From Nitrospirota bacterium (GTDB lineage Bacteria > Nitrospirota > Thermodesulfovibrionia > Thermodesulfovibrionales > Dissulfurispiraceae): a stretch of 64,000 nt of DNA. The translations under genes and the position numbers were made by a program. Every line of letters begins with the position of its first letter. Positions within the stretch are counted from its first letter, which is position 1. Of the stretch, positions 1-9,515 are shown piece after piece. The stretch spans positions 32,001 to 96,000 of the forward strand of contig CAWBMP010000004.1 in the NCBI GenBank assembly GCA_963790025.1, written 5' to 3'. The notes under the pieces were generated by a model. It worked only from the letters and a program-made list of their open reading frames with translations, was not told the origin of the DNA and did no database searches.

Positions 1-194
1 AGTGCTGTTGCATTGCCCTGTTCATCATAAAACACCGCATCGAGGGGAATAATTTGTCCGGTCCGCTCATTGATCCCCACATCACGTGTCTGGCCGCCAA
101 CGCCGACAGATCCGGCAGGCAATTCCTCATGCCCCCAGGCGATTGGGGGCAGGGTAACGCACGCGACAATCATTACAATCAGCAGTCGCCGCAT
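1..194 (-). CDS. SCO1/SenC-family copper chaperone, N-terminal part (runs off window start)
   Basis: Manual translation from ATG 194: MRRLLIVMIVACVTLPPIAWGHEE...DVGINERTGQIIPLDAVFYDEQG; signal peptide plus SCO-like VGIxExxGxxIPLDxxFxDExG start. Confidence 0.65.
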   Translation of the reverse strand, partial: MRRLLIVMIVACVTLPPIAWGHEELPAGSVGVGGQTRDVGINERTGQIIPLDAVFYDEQGNATA

Positions 195-201
195 ACCGGA
201 T

Positions 202-528
202 TTATTTAAAGGTCTTCAATATATATTTGGCAATCTCCTGCGCCTCGTTATCAGGTATTGTTTTCGTGTCGAACTTTGTCATACTGGGGCCGGGGTTCCG
301 CATTATTTTAACTATGTCGGCAACGGTCTTTACATTATTAGCTTCACGAGCGCTCCTGGTAAGCGGCTTGGCGGGATTTACAATATTGCCGCCGCCGGGA
401 TGGCATACCGCACAGTGCTCCTTGAATTCCGCTTCTCCGGATTTGCCTTTCCCATCCGAACATGCCGTATTCACGCCGTACAGACATACCATTGCCGCAA
501 CCGTAACTGCTCCCATAACAAATCTCAT
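202..528 (-). CDS. Monoheme class I c-type cytochrome (c6-like)
   Basis: CAVCH heme motif followed by GGNIVNPAKPL; distal Met (GPSM); signal peptide. Confidence 0.9.
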   Translation of the reverse strand: MRFVMGAVTVAAMVCLYGVNTACSDGKGKSGEAEFKEHCAVCHPGGGNIVNPAKPLTRSAREANNVKTVADIVKIMRNPGPSMTKFDTKTIPDNEAQEIAKYILKTFK

Positions 529-581
529 CTTTTATTACCTCCGTATATATAGAATTACCCAAGTTGAGCGATTATGTATGC

Positions 582-905
582 TTATTTTCCTGTTCCGTAT
601 TGCATCGACAAATATTCTACGATAATTTGCGTGTCCTTTTCATTAATAGGCGCTCCAAAAACCTTTATCATCTTGTTTACCGTGGCCGTCCACTGGGCAC
701 GAGAGAGTTCAGGCTGAGTAGTAATGTAGTCCAGACTGTGGCACATAAAACAATATATCTCTACCTTGGGCCTGCCCTCCCCCTGCTTAATTTCAGTCGT
801 GATATCAGGGAGTTGGATAGTGTGTATGCTGTCCGCAGCGCCTGCATAAGCAAAACCCGCCATGATTGCCGAAACGAGTAATGAACCGAGAACAATTTTT
901 TTCAT
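582..905 (-). CDS. sorB: SorB-like monoheme cytochrome c
   Basis: CFMCHSLDYITTQP and WxAxVxKMIKVFGAPI motifs; directly downstream of sorA-like gene. Confidence 0.8.
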   Translation of the reverse strand: MKKIVLGSLLVSAIMAGFAYAGAADSIHTIQLPDITTEIKQGEGRPKVEIYCFMCHSLDYITTQPELSRAQWTATVNKMIKVFGAPINEKDTQIIVEYLSMQYGTGK

Positions 906-914
906 GCCGGCCTC

Positions 915-2105
915 CTATTGTATCACAACTTCCGTTTTTTCAATCTTATTCCACAAATATCCGGCCGGATTCCAGAGACCCTCAAAAGGCTGGGACTCAC
1001 CGATGCTATTGGTAGCCCTCGCCATTAACGAATACCTCCCCGGTTTCGCCGGTCTCCATGAATAAAACCACTGAATCCATGAGTATTTTCCCTTATCCTG
1101 TCCCAAAGCGGCCTCGCCCCAGGTCTTCCCGCCATCTGTTGATACGATCACATCCTTGATGCCGTAGCCGCCTGAAAACGCTATTCCCATAATCTCAACA
1201 CGCATGTTTGCTTTCAGTTTGGTCTTATCTGCAGGATCAATTATTAATGACCTGGTCGTCATTTTGTTGATTGGAACGCTTTTCTTAGGTATCGTACCGG
1301 GAGGTATGCAACCGCAGGGAGTGTCGGGAATCCTGTAAGCTGTTTTCATCCAGAATTCCTCGAATGGTTTTTGGAGCACCAGTATATCACTGATACATTT
1401 AACCCAATAGGTAGCATACCATCCTGGAACTATAAGCCTGGCAGGGAAACCGTTAAGCATGGTAAGCGGCTTGCCGTTCATTTCGTAAGCGACAATAATG
1501 TCCTCTTCCAGGGCCTTATCGACCGGAAGGCTTTTCACAAAATCGGGGACCTTTGGAAGGGGTGGCTTATCAAGACCGTTAAATGAAATATCAACCGAGC
1601 CCGCCTTTATACCGGCTGTGCCTAGAATGTCTTTCAGACGCGCACCGGTCCATGTCACATTTCCCATGGCACCGTTTCCCCACTGACCGCCGGCAACCCT
1701 GGGCTCGGAGAAACTGCGTCCGTTGCCTGCACATTGTATAACAGCCGTATAGGCCACCTTCTCAAACTTCTTTAAATCATCCATGGAAAGGTGCAGCTCC
1801 CTCTCCGTATTGCCGCCGACATTGAGCCGCCACTGGGCCAGGTCAACAGAAACGGGAATATTGGCAAGATGCCACCTCACGAAGAGCGCTTCATTGGGCG
1901 TGAACATCTGCTTAAAGTAATGCAGTGGAGTTTCAAGCTGAGGGGGACGGGAAGTAAGCAGGATCATGTCCGTCTTCTCAGGGAACTTTGCCATTCTCAT
2001 TTCGGATGAGAAAAGGTCCGACGGGACATCACCGAGAGCCGCAAGAGCAGCGGCCGCGCCGGCAGTCTTTAAAAAATCTCTTCGTGAAAACCCCTTGCTC
2101 TTCAT
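915..2105 (-). CDS. sorA: SorA-like sulfite-oxidase-family molybdopterin oxidoreductase, Tat-exported
   Basis: SRRDFLK Tat motif; FVRWH, QCAGNGR (Mo-ligating Cys), NGFPARLIVPGWYATYWVK; C-terminal dimerisation domain ending WNPAGYLWN. Confidence 0.85.
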   Translation of the reverse strand: MKSKGFSRRDFLKTAGAAAALAALGDVPSDLFSSEMRMAKFPEKTDMILLTSRPPQLETPLHYFKQMFTPNEALFVRWHLANIPVSVDLAQWRLNVGGNTERELHLSMDDLKKFEKVAYTAVIQCAGNGRSFSEPRVAGGQWGNGAMGNVTWTGARLKDILGTAGIKAGSVDISFNGLDKPPLPKVPDFVKSLPVDKALEEDIIVAYEMNGKPLTMLNGFPARLIVPGWYATYWVKCISDILVLQKPFEEFWMKTAYRIPDTPCGCIPPGTIPKKSVPINKMTTRSLIIDPADKTKLKANMRVEIMGIAFSGGYGIKDVIVSTDGGKTWGEAALGQDKGKYSWIQWFYSWRPAKPGRYSLMARATNSIGESQPFEGLWNPAGYLWNKIEKTEVVIQ

Positions 2106-2141
2106 CCCTTCACCTCCTGATAAGATGAGGTATCAAATAGA

Positions 2142-2516
2142 TTATTCTTCGACAATTATTTTCCCCGTCATGTCTTCATGCCCATCACCGCAGAAGATGT
2201 CACAATGAAATTCATAGATACCGGCCTTTTGCGGTACTATGTGCACGCTGGAGACTTTTCCGGGAAAAATATCGGCCCGGACTCCCAAATCAGGGCAATT
2301 AAATCCATGCAACCTGTCCAATGAACTTAATTCCAAAACAGCAGGTACCCCCTTCTTCAGTCTGATTTCATTAGGCGAGTATTCAAACTTCTTCGCCATA
2401 ATTTTGATCGTTTGTTCTGCCTGATTTTCCGCAAATACGTTTACTGCAATGAATGTTAAAAGAAAAATCAGGATTAAGCCGACGGTTATCTTCGCTCTGT
2501 TTGTTCCTGATCTCAT
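2142..2516 (-). CDS. Small exported cupredoxin with CuA-type motif (Cox subunit II periplasmic domain-like)
   Basis: DRLHGF...CDIFCGDGHEDM matches H...CxxxCGxxHxxM; single N-terminal signal/anchor. Confidence 0.85.
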   Translation of the reverse strand: MRSGTNRAKITVGLILIFLLTFIAVNVFAENQAEQTIKIMAKKFEYSPNEIRLKKGVPAVLELSSLDRLHGFNCPDLGVRADIFPGKVSSVHIVPQKAGIYEFHCDIFCGDGHEDMTGKIIVEE

Positions 2517-2521
2517 TTTAC

Positions 2522-3415
2522 CTACCCTTTCGTTAGTGGAAATTCGGTGAGTAGATATTCCGCTTTTTTAACCCGGGCCTCCACGCTGCGGTATCCCAGC
2601 CCTTTATATGGCTCCGCAGGGTCCCATGGAATTGCCACGCGCTTGGGGACAGAACCCGGAGCAGGCAACGGGAACATAAGACCTTTGGCAGCATGATGTG
2701 GGATATTTCCTGTCATATGATGATTTTCCTGGTGAATATGACCATAGAAAACCGTTACGTATTTATAAGGCGTGAGAAGTTCTACAGCCTTGGCCCCGTC
2801 ACGGGTCCACCAATCCCACTGAGGATACAAATCAAAAAGCGGGCGGTGCGTAAAGACCACGATCCGCGATTCTTTATCGAGAGGTTTCAGGGCCTCGCTT
2901 AACCATTGCAGCTGGGCGTCTCCGATGCTTGAGGTCGGGTCTGAAACATTATCTATGACTATGAAATGCACTCCTTTGTGGTCGAAAGTATAATGGGTCT
3001 TGCCGAAAAATTCCTGAAATGCTTCGCCGTTATCGAGCCCGGCATCATGTTCTCCAGGCATGAGCTTAATGTTTTTGACCTTGAGTTCGCCGATAATATC
3101 ACGGACTTCGGTCATGCGTTTTCTTCTTTCCTTGGGATCGTCCGTAGTATGTGTCAGATCGCCGGTGAACATGATGAAGTCCGGCTGAGATTCAAGGCTG
3201 TTAACGGCCGCTATAGCTTTTTTCAGAGTACCTGTTGCATCAGGGTTGACTTTCGGGCCTGTAAATCCCCAGTGTGTGTCCGACATTTGGACGAACATGA
3301 AATCGTCCTCTCCCATTTTTCCACTGGCAGCACCAGCCAGATGGTCCGGTCCTAATACAAGCACGGCGGTGCCGAGTCCCGCCAGCTTTAAGAAATCTCT
3401 TCTGTCCAATCTCAT
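2522..3415 (-). CDS. Tat-exported calcineurin-like metallophosphoesterase
   Basis: DRRDFLK Tat motif; SDTH, TGDLT, PGEHD, FTH, GHIH metal-binding motifs. Confidence 0.9.
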   Translation of the reverse strand: MRLDRRDFLKLAGLGTAVLVLGPDHLAGAASGKMGEDDFMFVQMSDTHWGFTGPKVNPDATGTLKKAIAAVNSLESQPDFIMFTGDLTHTTDDPKERRKRMTEVRDIIGELKVKNIKLMPGEHDAGLDNGEAFQEFFGKTHYTFDHKGVHFIVIDNVSDPTSSIGDAQLQWLSEALKPLDKESRIVVFTHRPLFDLYPQWDWWTRDGAKAVELLTPYKYVTVFYGHIHQENHHMTGNIPHHAAKGLMFPLPAPGSVPKRVAIPWDPAEPYKGLGYRSVEARVKKAEYLLTEFPLTKG

Positions 3416-3497
3416 AATATCCTCCCTGTCTGGGCTTATCGAAGGAATGCTTCACGTAATAGAATAAATATCATGTTACGGGACGGTTGTCAAGAAG

Positions 3498-3588
3498 GAG
3501 TGAATGAGTATATGGGTAAATGGGTGAATGGGTGAATGGGTAAGAAGACTTTTTATTACTCATCCACTCATACACTCATTTACCCATT
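3498..3588. repeat. Palindromic octamer micro-repeat (RGTRAATG)n ... complement
   Basis: agtgaatg agtatatg ggtaaatg ggtgaatg ggtgaatg ggtaa ... ttactcat ccactcat acactcat ttacccat; right arm overlaps the degP stop codon. Confidence 0.85.
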
Positions 3589-4701
3589 GAGCGATATATA
3601 AAATGTCTGTCCCTGCCTCTTTATTAAAAAGAGCAATGAGTTTCCATGCTCAGCCTTATTCAGGGCAGCATTAAAATCACGCGCATTATTGACCGGCAAG
3701 TGGTTCAGCTCTTTTATGATATCACCGGATTGCAAGCCAGCCTCATCGGCAGGGCTTCCTGGCACAACATCACCTACCAGTGCTCCCTCGCTCCCTTTTA
3801 ATCCAAAGGACTGGACCATGTCAAGCGATAGATTTTGAATGGAAACGCCTATCCATCCGCGGACCACTTTACCCTTGTCTTTCAGCTGAGAAATAATTGT
3901 TTTTACAACACTGCTGGGGATAGCAAAGCCTATACCCTGCCCTGAGGCCACAATAGCAGTATTGATGCCGATGACCTCCCCTTGCAAATTCACCAGCGGC
4001 CCGCCACTGTTGCCCGGGTTAATCGGCGCATCGGTTTGTATAAAATTATCGTAAAGGCCGGCGCCGATCACGCGGCCGGTTGCACTGATAATGCCCTGGG
4101 TGACCGTGTGTTCGAGACCGAAGGGGTTGCCGACGGCAAGCACCCAGTCGCCGACCCTCATTTTATCGGGATCTCCCAATGTGAGAGTCGGCATATCCCT
4201 GAAAAGTGAGGATATCTTTATAAGTGCAAGATCGGTTTTCTTGTCCCTGCCGATAACCTTGGCCTTAAATTCCCTTCCGTCGGAAAATTTCACTTTAATT
4301 TCTTCAGCCCCCTCAACGACATGATTATTCGTCATGATATAGCCTTCCTTATCAACGACAAACCCTGAGCCGAGGCTCTGCTGTTTCATCTCCCTGTCGG
4401 GGATATCGCCGTAATATTTCTTGAAAAAATCTCCAAACGGTCCTTCGTCCTCACGCCCGAAAAAATGCCTGAATGGATTGCCGGGGACCCTGACGGTTGA
4501 GGTCGTGCTTATATTTACAACCGCAGGACTGACTTTTGCCGCAACATCAGCGAAAGATTGCGGGAAGCCTATTACACTGCCAGGACCGCTTTGCACGTTT
4601 ACGCGCCCCATTTTTGAACCGATAAGAATTCCAATAGCAACCAGCAAAATGCCGCTTACAATTATTAGCACCACGAGCTTTCTTTGCATAATACCCCCCA
4701 A
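3580..4701 (-). CDS. Do/DegP-family serine endoprotease with one PDZ domain
   Basis: TNNHVV, DLALIK, INPGNSGGPL catalytic motifs; single PDZ. Confidence 0.93.
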   Translation of the reverse strand: MGGIMQRKLVVLIIVSGILLVAIGILIGSKMGRVNVQSGPGSVIGFPQSFADVAAKVSPAVVNISTTSTVRVPGNPFRHFFGREDEGPFGDFFKKYYGDIPDREMKQQSLGSGFVVDKEGYIMTNNHVVEGAEEIKVKFSDGREFKAKVIGRDKKTDLALIKISSLFRDMPTLTLGDPDKMRVGDWVLAVGNPFGLEHTVTQGIISATGRVIGAGLYDNFIQTDAPINPGNSGGPLVNLQGEVIGINTAIVASGQGIGFAIPSSVVKTIISQLKDKGKVVRGWIGVSIQNLSLDMVQSFGLKGSEGALVGDVVPGSPADEAGLQSGDIIKELNHLPVNNARDFNAALNKAEHGNSLLFLIKRQGQTFYISLNG

Positions 4702-4838
4702 AGGACGACACTATAAAATAATAGGAAATTATTGATAATTATTCAATAAGCGCCCGATCGCAACCAAACGCCCGTTACTTTTAAGGGCTATTATTGATAT
4801 ACTTAAACAGGAAACAGTTCATTTTGAAAGGTCAAAAA

Positions 4839-6953
4839 ATGACAGAGACAGTATCTCCTGTTTTTTTTCTCAGGCGACTGGCGATAGGTGTGCTGTTGGT
4901 CAACCTTTTCATAATTGCCCTGGCCGGTATTGCGATCCACCAGAGCCGTCTTCAGTATGAAGAGCGGGCCACGATTACAACCCGGAACCTGTCACAGGTT
5001 TTGGATGAGTACTTTAATGGAGTAATCGCCAAGATCGATGTGGCACTGCTGTCAGTGGTGGACGAAGCAGAGAAACAACTGGCACGCGGCGGCATTGATA
5101 GGCAGGCTATTAACTCATATATTATTCGACAGCAGGCACGCATCCCGGAACTATACGGTTTGCGGATGACCAATGCAAAGGGTGACGTCGCTTACGGGAT
5201 GGATTTGGCGCCGGGCGTAAACGTCGCTGACCGTGATTACTTTATCCGCCCGAGCAATGACTTGAAAGTAGGACTTTTCATATCCAAGCCGGTATTTGCC
5301 CGCACCACCGGAAAATGGGTGATCAATTTTGCCCGCCGTTTCAATCGCCCGGATGGTTCCTTCGCCGGAGTTGTATTCGGGATGATTACTCTGGAGGATT
5401 TTGCCAGGATGTTTTCCCGGATTAATGTCGGCAAACACGGGGCTATCATGTTGTTCGACAGTGATCTGGGTGTCATCGCCCGTTATCCGGAGCCTCAGGG
5501 AATAGGCAGCACCATCGGCAAGAAGTTCACATCAGCCGAGATCCGGGGATTGTTTGAAAGGAACCAAACTTCAGCAACGTATAGGGCCCATGGCACTATT
5601 GACGATATCGAGCGAATATTTTCCTATCGCAAGATTGCTGCCTATCCCCTCTATGTACAGGTCGGATTGGCCAAGAGCGACTATCTTGGGGAGTGGCATA
5701 ACGAAATTGTCAAGATGTTGGCCCTGGTGGCACTGTTTTTCCTGGTTGTGCTCTGTTTGGCATGGTTGCTCTACCGTTACATTACCGAACACAAGAAACT
5801 CGAAGCTCAACTCATTCAATCACAGAAAATGGAATCCGTAGGACTTCTTGCCGGTGGGATAGCCCACGACTTTAACAATATTTTGAGTGGGATGATGGGC
5901 TATGTGACACTGCTTCAGATGAAATCAAAAGAAGGCGACCCTGCAAGGCAATATTTGAACCAACTGCTTTCGCTTACGGAAAGAGCGGCAGCCCTTACCA
6001 GGAGTCTCCTGGCGTTCAGCAGGAAGCAGATACTGGACATAAGGCCGACAAATCTTAATGATATAGTCGGCATGGTTGGGAAACTCCTGTCCAGAGTGAT
6101 AGGTGAGGACATAGAGTTAAACCTGAAGCCTTCAGATAAGGATGTAGTGGTAAATGCTGATGCAGGGCAGATAGAGCAGGCCTTGATGAACCTTGCAACG
6201 AATGCCAGGGATGCCATGCCTGAAGGAGGCACATTGACCGTAAGCACGGGACCTTTTGAAATGGATAATCACTTCATAAACATGCATGGATATGGGAAGC
6301 CGGGTAAATATGCCCTTTTGATAGTACAGGACACCGGTATGGGAATAGATGAGGAGACAAGGAAGAAGATATTCGAACCCTTTTTTACCACCAAGGGAGC
6401 AGACAAAGGCACAGGACTTGGACTTGCGATGGTATACGGGACAATAAAGCAGCATGATGGATATATAAACGTTTATAGTGAAGAGGGCAAAGGGACAACA
6501 TTCAAAATTTATTTGCCGGCGATTGAGGCTGAAGCGGCGGAAGAAAAGACCGTGGACAACATCCCCCGGAGAGGCGGTACAGAGACAATACTATTGGTTG
6601 AAGATGAAGCATCATTGAGACAGGCGACAAGGAGCATACTGCAAGAATTCGGATATAGGGTAATAGAGGCGGAAGACGGGAATGACGCGGTGAACAAGTT
6701 CGCGGAACACAAGGCAGAGATCAAGCTTGTGTTAATGGATGTGATAATGCCGGGGAAAAGCGGCAAGGAGGCATATCAGGAGATGCAGAAAATACAGCCT
6801 GACGCGAAGGTCATATTCACCAGTGGGCATACAGGAGACATGCTGACAAGCAAGAAAATAGCTGAAGAAGGTTTACATTTTATTTCAAAGCCTGTTTCAC
6901 CAAGAGAGCTTTTCGAAAAAATCAGGGACGTGCTGGACAAAAGAAAAGATTGA
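4839..6953 (+). CDS. Hybrid sensor histidine kinase/response regulator with periplasmic dCache-like sensor
   Basis: Two TM helices; [11 protein letters not shown]-box, NARDAM, GTGLGL; C-terminal receiver (LMDVIMP); start placed at ATG 4839. Confidence 0.92.
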   Translation: MTETVSPVFFLRRLAIGVLLVNLFIIALAGIAIHQSRLQYEERATITTRNLSQVLDEYFNGVIAKIDVALLSVVDEAEKQLARGGIDRQAINSYIIRQQARIPELYGLRMTNAKGDVAYGMDLAPGVNVADRDYFIRPSNDLKVGLFISKPVFARTTGKWVINFARRFNRPDGSFAGVVFGMITLEDFARMFSRINVGKHGAIMLFDSDLGVIARYPEPQGIGSTIGKKFTSAEIRGLFERNQTSATYRAHGTIDDIERIFSYRKIAAYPLYVQVGLAKSDYLGEWHNEIVKMLALVALFFLVVLCLAWLLYRYITEHKKLEAQLIQSQKMESVGLLAGGIAHDFNNILSGMMGYVTLLQMKSKEGDPARQYLNQLLSLTERAAALTRSLLAFSRKQILDIRPTNLNDIVGMVGKLLSRVIGEDIELNLKPSDKDVVVNADAGQIEQALMNLATNARDAMPEGGTLTVSTGPFEMDNHFINMHGYGKPGKYALLIVQDTGMGIDEETRKKIFEPFFTTKGADKGTGLGLAMVYGTIKQHDGYINVYSEEGKGTTFKIYLPAIEAEAAEEKTVDNIPRRGGTETILLVEDEASLRQATRSILQEFGYRVIEAEDGNDAVNKFAEHKAEIKLVLMDVIMPGKSGKEAYQEMQKIQPDAKVIFTSGHTGDMLTSKKIAEEGLHFISKPVSPRELFEKIRDVLDKRKD

Positions 6954-7136
6954 TCTTCTAACTATTCCTCCAGCCCTTTATTTTCTTCCCAGCCCTTACC
7001 GTAAATATACTTTTTACCATCCATCTCCACCTCGATGCGTCCGGAGCCGGTCCTTGGCCGCTCGGCAGGAGGGGAAAGCTGTTCGGCGGGGAGATCGAAA
7101 AGAAAGCTGCCCTTAAAACCGACAAAAAATGTTAAA

Positions 7137-7352
7137 AAATGGGACGGTTCTATTTTCCTTCACTTTTCTTTATACTTAAGCAATATCTCGATATATCTCT
7201 CATAATCCCTTTCATCTTTAAATATGTTCTGTCGATTGTTTCCTCTCGTCAGAACATGATATATATGCTCACTCGGAGCTATACGTGCTGTTCTCGACAT
7301 TCTGAAATGTCACCGCCACCCCGCTCATCTCGAAAATAGAACCGTCCCATTT
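7137..7352. mobile_element. Internally deleted Y1/RAYT-like element bounded by 21-bp perfect inverted repeats
   Basis: aaatgggacggttctattttc (7137-7157) and its exact complement (7332-7352) enclose a truncated transposase ORF. Confidence 0.8.
7160..7300 (-). pseudogene. N-terminal fragment of REP-associated tyrosine (Y1, IS200-like) transposase
   Basis: MSRTARIAPSEHIYHVLTRGNNRQNIFKDERDYERYIEILLKYKEK*; YHVxxRGNNRQxIF is the typical RAYT/Y1 start; stops before the HUH motif. Confidence 0.8.
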
Positions 7353-7412
7353 ATCACGAAATGAACTCACCATAGAAGAATTCTGAATTATAAAGCACGT
7401 TAAGCCTTCTTT

Positions 7413-7724
7413 TTATTCCGGCCACAGTCTGGCTCCATGAAAGATTCTCAGAATCTGAATAACATTATTCTTTACTCTGTACGGGATAATGTACGGGAGT
7501 CCTGAAATTACAATCTCCCTCGTTCCGTCTGCCCTTCCCAGCTTCCCCATATTTGGCTGGTCGCTCAAAAGTTGTACTTTTTTTTTAATATGCCGAGCAA
7601 CATCATTTGCCGCACGCGGATTGTCCTGCGCGATATAACGCCTGATTTCTATCAGATCCGATATTGCGTCCCCCGTCCATTTTATTTGCACTTCGGGACT
7701 TCCTTCTCTTTTCTTGATCCCCAT
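7413..7724 (-). CDS. RelE/ParE-family toxin (true start probably the GTG of VQIKW, ~7694)
   Basis: IKWTxxAxxDL...YIAQDNP...GRxxGTRE...PYIIPYRV...IQILRIFHGAR. Confidence 0.9.
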   Translation of the reverse strand: MGIKKREGSPEVQIKWTGDAISDLIEIRRYIAQDNPRAANDVARHIKKKVQLLSDQPNMGKLGRADGTREIVISGLPYIIPYRVKNNVIQILRIFHGARLWPE

Positions 7725-7951
7725 GTATCAAGCCATGAAGCGACTTTCTCATGGTCAACGAACTCAGCTCCGGGCTGGTCAGCCTTATGAATGGTTTTCA
7801 ATGTTTCCTGAATCTGCCACTCATTGATTGAAAGGAAATCCTGAATAGCGTTTGCCACAAGGTACGACTTACTGCGATCTGTTGCTTTTGCGAGTTTATC
7901 AAGTCTGTCTTTCGTTTGACTGTCAACCCTAATGGTTAATGTTGTGCTCAT
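7682..7951 (-). CDS. CopG/RHH antitoxin
   Basis: TLTIRV...RLDKLAKATDRSKSYL...EWQI; overlaps toxin; SD ggaggac. Confidence 0.88.
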   Translation of the reverse strand: MSTTLTIRVDSQTKDRLDKLAKATDRSKSYLVANAIQDFLSINEWQIQETLKTIHKADQPGAEFVDHEKVASWLDTWGSRKEKEVPKCK

Positions 7952-8060
7952 GTCTGTCCTCCTTTCGCCTTAGTTAATCACATTGTAACACATACAGCTA
8001 TTATGTGTACAAATGATATTCTTCTCCTCCTTGAATGTCAGATTAACGTTAAATGGCGTT

Positions 8061-8229
8061 AAATGGGACGGTTCTATTTTTCTTAATTTTTTTCCTTCCT
8101 GGGCCGCCCTTTCCTCCGTATAATCTCTTCAAGAGCAAATCTCTTCTGTAACATAGCTACGAAAGCCTCGTTCCCATATACTGCTTTCCGCTCCATTGCA
8201 CCTTTCATTGCCTCTTTTTCCGTAAGCAT
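8061..8229 (-). pseudogene. Repeat copy plus C-terminal fragment of RAYT-like transposase
   Basis: Repeat aaatgggacggttctatttt at 8061-8080; minus frame reads ...VYGNEAFVAMLQKRF...RRKGRPRKEKN* (GRPRK tail). Confidence 0.65.
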
Positions 8230-8271
8230 TCTATCCCTATCATCAGCGTGGTCATATGTATAAATAAAAAT

Positions 8272-8400
8272 AAATGGGACAGCCTGACGGTTCTATTTTC
8301 TTTTTTTGTCATTTCCCTTTGGTCTCTCTTTTGACTTTACCTCCCCCCCAACCTCAAACCTCTTCCCTACTTCCTCTATGAAATCTTTGCTTCCGTTTCT
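8272..8400 (-). pseudogene. Repeat copy (8-nt insertion) plus second degraded RAYT-like C-terminal fragment
   Basis: aaatgggac[agcctgac]ggttctattttc; minus frame GSKDFIEEVGKRFEV aligns with GNEAFVAMLQKRF of the previous fragment. Confidence 0.55.
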
Positions 8401-8458
8401 TGAAGTGGAAACGACAAACTGTCGGATGTCTGTCAGATCAAGTTTTGGCAACTACATT

Positions 8459-8737
8459 TTATCCAAACAAGTCTGAATGACTGCCGGTGCGGACAAAGGT
8501 AATCTCTCGCATATCTTCGTCCATCTTATAAGGCAATATCCAGTCCGGCTCTATATGGCAGTCTCTATGCTTTTTCAAATTACCAGCGAGGGAATAGTCA
8601 TGATATCTTCTTTCAAGGGGGAAGCTGTCGATAAGTTTTCGTACAACAGTCTTAAGTTTCTCCATGTCCTTATTGCCGGCCTTCTCAATTCTCTTGATGT
8701 CCTTTTTGAATTGTCTGCAATAGCGGGGTTTCAGCAT
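8459..8737 (-). CDS. yafQ: YafQ-family mRNA interferase toxin
   Basis: FKKD...RDCHIEPDW...RTGSHSDLF. Confidence 0.9.
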   Translation of the reverse strand: MLKPRYCRQFKKDIKRIEKAGNKDMEKLKTVVRKLIDSFPLERRYHDYSLAGNLKKHRDCHIEPDWILPYKMDEDMREITFVRTGSHSDLFG

Positions 8738-8739
8738 CC

Positions 8740-9000
8740 CTATATGCCCAGCTTTCTGAACATATCCTCAGCGTCCTGACATTCTGTAAGATCCCGTCTA
8801 TTTTCAGCGTCCCTCATAGCCCTCAGAGTGGTTTTGTTGGGTATTTTTACATCAAAAGGCAAACCCTTGCGCAGCCTCACCTGCGACAGAAACAAATTTA
8901 TTGCCTCTGTTGTGCTAATCCCCAGCTTGTGCAATACTCTTTCAGCATCAGTCTTTAACTCAGGGTCAACTCTCATCGTTATCATTGCTGTCTTTGCCAC
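8740..9000 (-). CDS. dinJ: RelB/DinJ-family antitoxin
   Basis: RVDPELKxxAExVLxxLG...AINLFL...GLPFDVKIPN. Confidence 0.9.
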   Translation of the reverse strand: MAKTAMITMRVDPELKTDAERVLHKLGISTTEAINLFLSQVRLRKGLPFDVKIPNKTTLRAMRDAENRRDLTECQDAEDMFRKLGI

Positions 9001-9217
9001 GCGGCACCTCCTTTTATGTTTTTATTGTATCACGTTGAGATATACACTTTTAAAGTCTGGTCCGAGATATCATAAAAATGGAATAACATGTTACAGGTGA
9101 AGCGTCATTCCGCTGCGAAGTTGCTGAACGACGCATAGAACTAAACCGCGGGTTATGGCGATTCAATCTTCCGCTTCCCACCCTTGTCTCTAAAGGAGCG
9201 GATTTTGACCCCTTTTG

Positions 9218-9469
9218 TATTACTTTGGTTCTGTCAGACAAAAAGGAAGTAGTCATAGAATATATAAAACACCATGGCATGGGGATCCACGGATCAATAT
9301 TCAAAATGACAAAGCTAAAAGCCAGGGGCTATCAGGTAAAACAAGTGTTTAAAGCTGCGGAAAGTTTGTGGTCCGCGTTGCTCCGGAAACACACAGATTG
9401 CTTGCTATCCAATCTGCTGAAACTGGAGTGAGCTTGAATCGTCTTGTCTCCGCCAAAGTGAGTCGGTGA
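9218..9469 (+). pseudogene. Degraded hicA-hicB toxin-antitoxin remnant
   Basis: YFGSVRQKGSSHRIYKTPWHGDPRINIQNDK, frameshift, YQVKQV (HicA-like) joined to GKFVVRVAPETHRLLAIQSAETGVSLNRLVSAK (HicB C-terminal RHH). Confidence 0.8.
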
Positions 9470-9472
9470 GTC

Positions 9473-9499
9473 CCCCCATCTCCAGCACAGAGATGGGGG
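9473..9499. terminator. Hairpin between convergent hicB remnant and hcp
   Basis: cccccatctc-cagcaca-gagatggggg followed by T-rich tract. Confidence 0.65.
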
Positions 9500-9515
9500 C
9501 TGTTTAGTTTTATTC

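Noticed and set aside
6960..7130. Minus-strand open stretch ending GRIEVEMDGKKYIYGKGWEENKGLEE*
   Set aside because: May be a gene remnant, but there is no clear start or family assignment.
7137..8300. CRISPR array from the 20-bp repeat
   Set aside because: Irregular spacing, one inverted copy, genes between copies and no cas genes.
9072..9162. Possible attC site (TAAC...GTTATGG) beside the TA modules
   Set aside because: I could not pair the R and L boxes convincingly, and no integrase is in the window.
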